From: a bacterium
Lineage (GTDB): Bacteria; UBA8248
Length of the DNA stretch: 64,000 nt
Assembly (NCBI GenBank): GCA_963692865.2
Contig: OY843592.1
Span: 928,001-992,000 of the forward strand
Direction: 5' to 3'
Below are positions 10,230-18,320 of the stretch, in pieces. The translations under genes were made by a program, and so were the position numbers. Every line of letters starts with the position of its first letter. The stretch's first letter is position 1. A model generated the notes under the pieces. The model did not search any database, was not told where the DNA came from, and worked only from the letters and a program-made list of their open reading frames with translations.

Positions 10230-10535
10230 GTGAATCACCACCCTGTCGTAGTCATCCGTCTCCACGTGCGCCGGGAAGAGCAATTGGTGGATATGGCGCA
10301 AGAATTCGAACTGTCCGAACTTGGCGGAGCCGTTCCGGTAGCCGGAGATTTGATTGTAGAACCGGGGGTTCCGGAGCGGAAAGACCGATTCGATCCGGAT
10401 AATCGAACAATCTACGAAGTCGTTTCACGCTATTTCTTGCCTCGCGCGCACGGCGAAACGGTTACGTACGTAGCCGTCGTCGTGGAAGAACGGCAGGCAT
10501 TGGCGACTGAAAAATCCATAGTTTGCATTTCATAG
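10230..10535 (+). CDS. Hypothetical protein
   Basis: 101-aa ORF with protein-like composition; GAGGA upstream of GTG. Confidence 0.6.
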   Translation: MNHHPVVVIRLHVRREEQLVDMAQEFELSELGGAVPVAGDLIVEPGVPERKDRFDPDNRTIYEVVSRYFLPRAHGETVTYVAVVVEERQALATEKSIVCIS

Positions 10536-10655
10536 GGCGAGTGTTCATGGCGGACGAAAACCCCGATGCCGTCCAGCCGAAAAGCGAATGTCGCCGCCGC
10601 CGGACGCCCACGGGAACTTGGCCCGCGCATATGAACAAGACCCCGCAACTCATCC

Positions 10656-10695
10656 CCCGGCCTTAAGGCGAAATATCGGCGGCTTAGCCTGAAAT
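10656..10695 (+). repeat. Direct repeat, copy 2
   Basis: Matches 9314-9353. Confidence 0.9.
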
Positions 10696-10722
10696 GGGTG
10701 ATAGTGGAATAGACTTTTGCGG

Positions 10723-11625
10723 CTAAAACTTGTCCACAGGCAAGTAGGCCTCGCCAGTTTGAGAGGCATGTCGCCTTATGCGTTCAACGACATCTTTGAA
10801 ACTATTCGTCCCGAGCAATACTTGGTATAGATGATTGTGGTCAAGCAGAAGAAGGGGTGTTTTTTTCCCGGATGCCTCTTCTATCGCGACCGATGTGTAC
10901 CCTGACATCGAGACGAATACACCCATTGTATTGTCCGCCTTGCTTTCAACTTTCGACCGAAAAACATCGATATCAGGTGCTCCAGTCTGATCGTTCGTGA
11001 ACTTACATTCAACGAGATAAGTTGTATCGCCTATCGTAATTGAGCCGTCAATTTCACGTCCCTTCGTTTTGTATGGCGACCGCGATGTAATTTCGCTGAA
11101 ATCCATCAACTCATAGAACCACTTTTCGAACTCTTTGCCTGCAGAAGCTGCTCCCATCTCATCTGCAAGTTCGGCAAGTTTGTCACTGAGCGATTGGAGT
11201 GTTTCCTGGGACGCGCGGGTTTGAGCCTGACTCTCGTGGAATTTCTTGCGGGCCTCCTGCTTTTGTTTCTCAGACGTTAGTTGCTTATCCTGCCTTGATA
11301 GAAAACTCCGTAGCGTACTGACCGCTTGTTTAGCGGTCTTTATTTTCTTTGAGCTGTCTTCCCAGTTCTCAAGGTCTGGAAAAGATGTCTGTTCCGACAG
11401 GAAATGGGCGAGTTCGATAATCTTTCTCTTTCCTTGTTCAGTTTTCTGTAGAGACTCGAAAGCACGCGAGATGTAATCTCTCTTTGTTTCATCAGGAAGC
11501 CATGAGGGCAGGCCCGGCAAGTTTGCTGCTTTCAGAAATGCCGAAAGAGCCTTTTTGCGCCAGAAAGAATGAAGCGCAGCCTCGAAAGTAAGACTGATGA
11601 GGTGGGGGGTAAGTTGTGTCTTCAC
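10723..11625 (-). CDS. Mrr-like PD-(D/E)XK restriction endonuclease with unknown N-terminal helical domain
   Basis: 'GKEFEKW', 'EIDGSI...YLVECKF', 'GVFVSMSGYT'; markedly lower GC than its neighbours. Confidence 0.8.
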   Translation of the reverse strand: MKTQLTPHLISLTFEAALHSFWRKKALSAFLKAANLPGLPSWLPDETKRDYISRAFESLQKTEQGKRKIIELAHFLSEQTSFPDLENWEDSSKKIKTAKQAVSTLRSFLSRQDKQLTSEKQKQEARKKFHESQAQTRASQETLQSLSDKLAELADEMGAASAGKEFEKWFYELMDFSEITSRSPYKTKGREIDGSITIGDTTYLVECKFTNDQTGAPDIDVFRSKVESKADNTMGVFVSMSGYTSVAIEEASGKKTPLLLLDHNHLYQVLLGTNSFKDVVERIRRHASQTGEAYLPVDKF

Positions 11626-11887
11626 CTTAAATACTCGCTAGCATACTTTTATATAATCGACCAAAAGGAACTCCAAGTATCATTTTAACGCCAAACTAGC
11701 AAAGAAATATAATCTAATCTCGCATCATCCGTAACCTTATTTATGGTACAAAACATAAGTTTTTGTCTTAGACGAGATGATACTAGTGGTTCATTTTATT
11801 GCGTTCTATTCGATGGCATGCCTTGAGAATGACGCTCCCATTGTGAACCGGGCGGCGGGTGGGGTATACCTTCGGGCATGAGGCGCT

Positions 11888-14800
11888 TTGAACCATACGG
11901 GGAGTCGCAGCGGCATGGCCGGGGATGATCCGCGCGCGAACATGGAGGCCGCCTTTTCCGGCAGCTTGTTCGCGGGCGGCTTTCTGGAGGCCGGCATCGC
12001 CGACGAGGACGAGTGGAAGGAATTCGACGATTCCGCGCTGGACGCCCTCGAAAGCGATCTGCGGAAAATCTTCGACGCCTTCCCGATAGGCGGCTCGCCC
12101 AACGAGAGCCAGACGGAAGACGACCTCATCTGGCGCGTCCTTGGACGCCTCGGGTGGGAGTCGCACCTTCGCCAGCAGAATCTCTCCGGCCGCGGCAGGC
12201 GGGACGTGCCAGACGGCCTCCTGTTCGAGAACGAAGCGGAGAAGGCGAAGGCCAACGCCGTCCCGGAGGGGCCGGGGCGCTACGGGTTCGGCCTCGCCGT
12301 GGTGGAATCCAAACGCTGGGAGCGTCCGCTCGACCGCCGCTCCGGGAGTGAACCCTCCCCGCAATTTTCCCTCGACTTCGCCCATGATCCCGAGAGAACC
12401 AAAAGCCCCCCCGTCCTGGAAACCGCGCCCTCCACCCAGATGCTCCGCTATCTGAGGCGCCTGGACGATTTGACGAGCGGCAAGCTCTGCTGGGGCATCC
12501 TCACCAACGGCGCGCAGTGGCGGCTCTATTTCGCAGGGGCGCGCTCGGTCTCCGAGCAATTCTTCGAGGTCGATCTCGCGCGAGTCTTGAACCTCCCCGG
12601 CCCCGGCGAGGGATTGTTCACCTTTCCCGAAGACGCTCGCCGCCGTTGCCTGCGGGTGTTCGCGCTCATGTTCCGGCGAGAAGCCTTTCTGCCGCTCTCG
12701 GCGGAATCGCGCACGTTCCACCAACTCGCCATGGATCAGGGCCGCCGCTACGAAAAGCGCGTCGCAGACAGTCTTTACGAACAGATATTCCAGGACAGGC
12801 AAAAGCGGGACAAGCAGGAAGAGAATCCGATTTTTCCCGAACTCGTCGCCGCCATCGCCGCCGCCGCGCCCGATGCGCAGCCGCCGGAGGTGCGCGAGGC
12901 CGCCCTGGTTATCCTCTACCGCTTCTTGTTCATCCTCTACGCCGAGGATCGGAACCTCCTGCCCGTCCGCGATTCGCGCTACGACGATTACGGCCTGCGA
13001 ATCAAGGTGCGCGACGATGTCGGGCGGCGCAAGAATTTGAAAGATACGTTCTCGACGAGCGCGACCCCCTACTGGTCGGCGTTCGAGGATCTTTGCCGAA
13101 TGATTGACGCGGGCGACGCCTCCATCGGCCTGCCGCCCTACAACGGCGGGCTCTTCGACCCCGAGCGCACGCCGCTTCTTAATCAGATTCGGCTTTCCGA
13201 TCAGATAATGGCGAACGTCATCGACGTGCTCTCCTTCGAGAAAACCCCGCAGGGCCGCCGCTACATCAACTACCGCGATTTGGGCGTGCAGCAACTGGGC
13301 TCCATATACGAGCGCCTGCTGGAGCAGGATGTCGTCCGCGTCGGAAACGATATCGAGGTCCGCCTCAGCCCCTTCGCCCGCAAAGGGTCGGGCAGCTACT
13401 ACACGCCCGACGATCTGGTCGGCCTCATCATCGAGGAGACGGTGGGGCCGCTCGTGGACGCGCGCATGGAAGCGTTCAACGCCCGTGTTTCCGATGCCGA
13501 CGCGGATGAGCCGCCCGAAGCCTCGAAGCTGGAGGAACTCGAAAGGCTCGACCCGGCGGAGAGGATTCTGGAGCTTAAAATCTGCGACCCCGCCATGGGT
13601 TCGGGGCACTTTCTGGTCAACCTCGTGGACTATCTCGCCGACCGGGTCATCGAGGCCGTGGCCGAGGCGCAAACCGTTGTAGGGGGCTACGTCTCGCCGC
13701 TGACCGGGCGGATCGAGGAAATCCGAAAGACGATCATAGCCGGCGCCGAGAAAGGCGACTGGCTCGTCGATGCGGCGCAACTCGACGACCGCCACGTCGT
13801 CCGCCGCATGGTGCTCAAGCGCTGCGTCTACGGGGTGGACAAAAACCCCATGGCGGTGGAACTCGCCAAGGTCGCGCTCTGGCTGCACACCTTCACGGTG
13901 GGCGCGCCGCTCGGCTTTCTGGATCACCACCTGCGCTGCGGCGACAGCCTTTTCGGTTCATGGGTGAGCGTGGGAGTCGAGAGGGCGCCTGCTTCGCTGT
14001 TCCTGCACGAGTCCATAGAGCGGGCGACGAAAGCGGCGGCCCCCATGCGGGAGGTCGAGCGACTGACCGACGCCGAGATCGCCGAGGCGCACGAATCCGC
14101 CGAACGCTTCGCCGATGTGGAGGAAGGAACCAGGCCGCTCGACGCCTTTCTCTCCCTGCTTCACGCCCTCGACTGGCTGAAACCCGGAGAGAAAGAGGAA
14201 AAAGACGCGCTTCGCGATTTCTTCTTCGGCTCATTCGGCGATCCGGTCGGGATCGCTATGGGTGAAGCGCCCAAGAAAAAACGGGGAGTGAGACGCCTCG
14301 CCGCTCTATTGGAGAAGGCGCGCGCCCTTATCGGAGAGGAACGCTTTCTCCACTGGCAGGCGGCGTTCCCGGGCGTATGGTCGCAATGGGAAAGCAAGGA
14401 GCGCAAGGGCGGTTTCGACGCCGTTATCGGCAATCCGCCTTGGGACCGCGTGAAGCTGCAACAGGTGGAATGGTTCGCCGCGCGGCAGCCCGAGATCGCC
14501 CACGCCCCCCGCGCCGCCGACCGCAGGCGGATGATCCTCGATCTGGAGAAGGCGGAAGACCCGCTCGCTTATGATTTCGCACATGCGAGCGAACGCGCAA
14601 AGGACACGGCGCAGATGGCGAGAGCCTGCGGCGACTACCCTCTACTATCGGGCGGCGACGTGAACCTCTATTCGCTCTTCGTCGAGCGCGCCATGTCGCT
14701 GGTGAAGCCGGACGGCATGGTCGGCCTCCTCACGCCCTCCGGCATCGCCTCGGACAAGACGGCGGCCCGGTTCTTCAAGGGCGTGGCGACGGAAGGCAGG

Positions 14801-16102
14801 CTGAAGGCTCTCTATGATTTCGAGAACAAGAAAGTCTTCTTTCCCCATGTTCATGCGTCGTTCAAGTTCTGCGTGTTCGTCGCAAGTCCATCGCCAATCG
14901 AAGAGTCCGCCGAGTGCGCTTTCTACCTTCACGGTGTCCCCGAACTAAAAGCTACCGAGCCTGCGCGCCGCTTTGCGCTGAGCGCGGATGACTTCGCCCG
15001 GGTAAATCCCAACACGGGCACCGCGCCCATCTTCCGCACTGAGCGGGACGCGGAACTCACCAAAGCGATCTACAAACGCCTGCCGGTTCTGGTGAATCGC
15101 TCGTCGGGCCAGGAAGTAAAGACGTGGCCGGTGAAGTATTCGACCATGTTCCACATGGCCAATGACTCGGGCCTGTTTCGCACGCAGGAGGAACTTGAGA
15201 AGAACGAGAGAGCCTGGCCCATAGGCGGCAACCGCTACCAGAGCGATGCAGGGGACTGGGTTCCGCTCTACGAAGGCAAGATGGTGCAGGCGTTCGACCA
15301 CCGTGCGGCCGATGTAACAGTGCAAGACGCAAATCTTTTTCGCCCTGGGCAACAGGAGGCACTCACGGCCCAGAACAAGCAAGATTTTGGCCGCTTTCCG
15401 AGACCACGCTACTATGTTCAAGTAAACTCAGGAAGGTGGCATTGGAGCGATTCTTGGGTTATCTCCTTCAAGGATATTACGGCGGCAACCAACATGAGGA
15501 CGATGATTGCAGCCATTATGCCCAGAGCCGGGGCAGGACATACGCTTGCTTTACTCCCTATGGATCACAACACAACTGATCGAATGACACTAGCAAGTCG
15601 AATAGTCGCGAATTTGAATGCTTTGCCGTTCGATTTTGTCGCCCGGCAAAAAGTGCCTACAACTCACTTTACTTGGTACGTCTTGGAACAACTCCCCGTA
15701 GTTCCGCCCAAAACTTTTGACGCCACTTCTTTCGGCCCCAAAACCGCCGGGGAGATCGTCCGCGAGGCCGTGCTGGAACTTACCTACACCGCGCACGACA
15801 TGGCGCCCTTCGCCCGGGATATGGGCCACGTCGATGAAGCGGGAGAAGTCTTGCCTCCCTTCGCGTGGGACGAGGAGCGCCGTCTCCATCTTCGCGCCAA
15901 GCTGGACGCCGTTTTCTTTCATCTCTACGGCGTTACCGACCGGGACGACGCGCGCTACGTCTACTCCACCTTCCCCATCGTCGAGCGTGAGGAAGCTAAA
16001 AAGTATGGCGACTACCGCTCGCGCGAGTTGTGCCTCGCCTGGATGAACGCGCTGGCCGCAGGCGCGCCCGACGCGGAGGTCAGCCTCCAGCGCCCTCGTT
16101 GA
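11888..16102 (+). CDS. Type IIG (Eco57I-like) fused restriction-modification enzyme, N6-adenine MTase
   Basis: N-terminal PDG...ESK nuclease motif, LTNG, YNGGLF, GSYYTP, DPAMGSGHF, GNPPW, LYEGKM; true start may be the ATG at 11942. Confidence 0.9.
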   Translation: MNHTGSRSGMAGDDPRANMEAAFSGSLFAGGFLEAGIADEDEWKEFDDSALDALESDLRKIFDAFPIGGSPNESQTEDDLIWRVLGRLGWESHLRQQNLSGRGRRDVPDGLLFENEAEKAKANAVPEGPGRYGFGLAVVESKRWERPLDRRSGSEPSPQFSLDFAHDPERTKSPPVLETAPSTQMLRYLRRLDDLTSGKLCWGILTNGAQWRLYFAGARSVSEQFFEVDLARVLNLPGPGEGLFTFPEDARRRCLRVFALMFRREAFLPLSAESRTFHQLAMDQGRRYEKRVADSLYEQIFQDRQKRDKQEENPIFPELVAAIAAAAPDAQPPEVREAALVILYRFLFILYAEDRNLLPVRDSRYDDYGLRIKVRDDVGRRKNLKDTFSTSATPYWSAFEDLCRMIDAGDASIGLPPYNGGLFDPERTPLLNQIRLSDQIMANVIDVLSFEKTPQGRRYINYRDLGVQQLGSIYERLLEQDVVRVGNDIEVRLSPFARKGSGSYYTPDDLVGLIIEETVGPLVDARMEAFNARVSDADADEPPEASKLEELERLDPAERILELKICDPAMGSGHFLVNLVDYLADRVIEAVAEAQTVVGGYVSPLTGRIEEIRKTIIAGAEKGDWLVDAAQLDDRHVVRRMVLKRCVYGVDKNPMAVELAKVALWLHTFTVGAPLGFLDHHLRCGDSLFGSWVSVGVERAPASLFLHESIERATKAAAPMREVERLTDAEIAEAHESAERFADVEEGTRPLDAFLSLLHALDWLKPGEKEEKDALRDFFFGSFGDPVGIAMGEAPKKKRGVRRLAALLEKARALIGEERFLHWQAAFPGVWSQWESKERKGGFDAVIGNPPWDRVKLQQVEWFAARQPEIAHAPRAADRRRMILDLEKAEDPLAYDFAHASERAKDTAQMARACGDYPLLSGGDVNLYSLFVERAMSLVKPDGMVGLLTPSGIASDKTAARFFKGVATEGRLKALYDFENKKVFFPHVHASFKFCVFVASPSPIEESAECAFYLHGVPELKATEPARRFALSADDFARVNPNTGTAPIFRTERDAELTKAIYKRLPVLVNRSSGQEVKTWPVKYSTMFHMANDSGLFRTQEELEKNERAWPIGGNRYQSDAGDWVPLYEGKMVQAFDHRAADVTVQDANLFRPGQQEALTAQNKQDFGRFPRPRYYVQVNSGRWHWSDSWVISFKDITAATNMRTMIAAIMPRAGAGHTLALLPMDHNTTDRMTLASRIVANLNALPFDFVARQKVPTTHFTWYVLEQLPVVPPKTFDATSFGPKTAGEIVREAVLELTYTAHDMAPFARDMGHVDEAGEVLPPFAWDEERRLHLRAKLDAVFFHLYGVTDRDDARYVYSTFPIVEREEAKKYGDYRSRELCLAWMNALAAGAPDAEVSLQRPR

Positions 16103-16164
16103 CACCGCGCATCCCGCGTGAAAGCATCGCGTGGAATTTCGCGCGGCGGGCGGGGAGATATCAC

Positions 16165-16950
16165 ATGCGTGACATGGAAGGAAAAATCGCCCTCGTGGCG
16201 GCGGGGAGCAAGGGCCTGGGCCGCGCCTCGGCGCTCAAGATGGCGATGCGGGGCGCGAGCGTGGCCATCTGCGCGCGCGATGAAGCCGCTTGCGCGGCCG
16301 CCGCAGCGGACATCGCCAAACGAGCGGGCGTTGAAACCTGGGGTTGCGCGGCGGACGTGAGCACGGCCGAGGGCGTCCGGAAATTCGTCGGCGGGGCGGC
16401 GGCGCATTTCGGCGGCGTGGACGTGCTCGTCGCGAACGCGGGCGGCCCGCCCAGAGGCGCGTTCGAGGATTTCGGGGACGACGCCTGGTTCGACGCCTTC
16501 GAACTCGGCGTCATGAGCGCGGTGCGCCTCGTGCGCGAAGCGCTCCCGCGCATGAGGGGGCGCGGCGGCGGGAGAATCCTCTTCATCCTCTCCAGTTCGG
16601 TGCGCGAGCCCATCGACGACCTCCTGCTCTCGAACGTCATGCGGCCCGCCGTGGCCGGCCTGGCGAAATCGCTCTCGCGCGCACTGGGGGAGGAGAACAT
16701 TCTCGTGAACGTGGTCATCCCCGGCGTCATCAAAACCGAGCGCGCCATGGGGGGCCGCGAATCCCTGGCGAAGCGGCTGGGCATCACTCTCGAGGAGTCC
16801 GTCGCCCGCGTGGAGCGCGAGGTGCCGCTGGGCCGCCTGGGCGAGCCCGAGGAGTTCGGCGCGATGGTGGCGTTTCTCGCCTCGCCCGAGGCGAGCTACA
16901 TATCCGGCGGCGTCTTCGCGGTGGACGGGGGGCGGCTCAAGGCGATTTGA
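16165..16950 (+). CDS. SDR-family oxidoreductase
   Basis: AAGSKGLG, NAGGP, 'SNVMR', PLGRLGEPEEFG, VDGG. Confidence 0.9.
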   Translation: MRDMEGKIALVAAGSKGLGRASALKMAMRGASVAICARDEAACAAAAADIAKRAGVETWGCAADVSTAEGVRKFVGGAAAHFGGVDVLVANAGGPPRGAFEDFGDDAWFDAFELGVMSAVRLVREALPRMRGRGGGRILFILSSSVREPIDDLLLSNVMRPAVAGLAKSLSRALGEENILVNVVIPGVIKTERAMGGRESLAKRLGITLEESVARVEREVPLGRLGEPEEFGAMVAFLASPEASYISGGVFAVDGGRLKAI

Positions 16951-16973
16951 GGGATCAATCGCGACCGATCAAG

Positions 16974-17670
16974 GGTTGTTGAAAAAGCCCTGATGCAGCG
17001 TAATTCCTCTCCTCTTCCTGCGCTGCCCGCCGCTCCGCCTCACCCTGAGTAGCCGCCGGAGGCGGCGTATCGAAGGGGCGCCCCTCGATACGGCCCTTGC
17101 GGGCCTACTCGGGACGAGGAGGTTTCTCGCTTTCGCCTTTCATCAGGGTTCCTGCGCGTCGGCGGGGAATGAAACGCCGCCGTGTATTCGCCCGTAACCG
17201 CAGATTGCCGTCATTCCGGCGAATGCCGGAATCCGGAGCCGAGGAGAATGGCGACGCCCCGGTTTTTCATCCCCCACCCATTGGGGCTGTTGAAAAACCC
17301 CTTGCGGGCCGGTCGGTATCTCACCGTAGGGGCCGCATATCATGCGGCCCTGCCTTTTCGCCTTCACAATACGGGTCGCATGATATGCGACCCCTACGGG
17401 TAAAACGTGGTTGATGCGAGAGGGATAGGTTTTTCAACAACCACCCATTGGCGGGAATACAGAAGAAAAAAACAAAGGCGAAGTCCCTGGATTCCGGCAG
17501 ACGCCGGCATGGCGAACGAAACCGCACCACCTCGCAGGGGCAGGTCGCGACCTCGGACGGGCGCGGGGGCCTGTCCGCTACCGCCCCCCTCCCCGGTCGG
17601 CTCCATACCCGGAATCACGAAATCGGGACTTTTTCAACAACCCCTTGTCAGGGGGGCTTTTTCAACGGCC
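16974..17670. mobile_element. Nested composite of MITE ends and REP-like palindromes
   Basis: Left ends at 16974 and 17285; right ends finishing at 17442, 17642 and 17670; at least four palindrome types inside. Confidence 0.65.
17285..17442. mobile_element. 158-bp MITE with 13-bp TIR and 9-bp TSD ACCCATTGG
   Basis: GGCTGTTGAAAAA...TTTTTCAACAACC; ACCCATTGG at 17276-17284 and 17443-17451; internal inverted GTAGGGG REP doublet. Confidence 0.85.
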
Positions 17671-17708
17671 ACGTATGCGGCTCCTGTGCGCCCCCTCGAA
17701 TGACGACC

Positions 17709-17817
17709 GCAGGGGCGGACCCGTGTGTCCGCCCGCCTTTGGGTATCCGCCTTATCGCGATCAGGGAAGATGGAACATGGCGAACGCATAGGGCGGACAC
17801 ACGGGTCCGCCCCTGCA
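17709..17817. repeat. Inverted REP-like doublet (REPIN-like)
   Basis: GCAGGGGCGGACCCGTGTGTCCGCCC ... GGGCGGACACACGGGTCCGCCCCTGC, a perfect inverted pair. Confidence 0.8.
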
Positions 17818-18320
17818 AAACCATTGCGCCCCCCACGCTCCGTCAAACCCCTCATTCATCGGGGGTGTTCTCCGCGGTTAGGAAATCGTGGCGTAATCGC
17901 CCTGAATTCAATCGTCTGTTTCACGAAAATGGGTGTTTTCAGCGAATGATGAAAAATGCCGAAAATGAAAAGCCTCGAATGTATGGCAGTCAATAGAGGG
18001 TATTGTCGCGGGATTTGCGGGGATGAGGTGAAAACATCCTGCGGTGAAATGTCGGAGCGCGGCGCACTTGAAATATGTGTTTGCAGGGACAGGCCTCGAC
18101 CTGTCCCTGCGAGATTCCGCTTCTTCGCATTGCGGAGCCGAAACCCTGATAGGGGCTTGTTCGAGTTCGCCCCCCACCGAAACGAGCGCGCCCCATCTTT
18201 CTCCCGCCTCGCGCATGGAATATACTGCCGCGTCATACGACAGGTTTCGACGGTCGAGCCGCCTGCGGTTTCCAGCCGTAAGACAGACGCCCCGGATCCG
18301 GGGGCACTCGGCCATGATGG

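Noticed and set aside
11783-13930. 715-aa minus-strand ORF (and similar long antisense ORFs, e.g. 18456-20339, 20336-22438, 30553-31902, 41375-42898, 60784-62241)
   Set aside because: Shadow frames opposite well-supported genes in GC-rich DNA; no recognisable motifs.
11888-16102. DISARM or BREX system
   Set aside because: No helicase, DUF1998, PLD, PglZ or ATPase partner genes are adjacent.
16974-18110. Possible CRISPR array
   Set aside because: Repeats are inverted and heterogeneous, with no constant repeat-spacer period and no cas genes.
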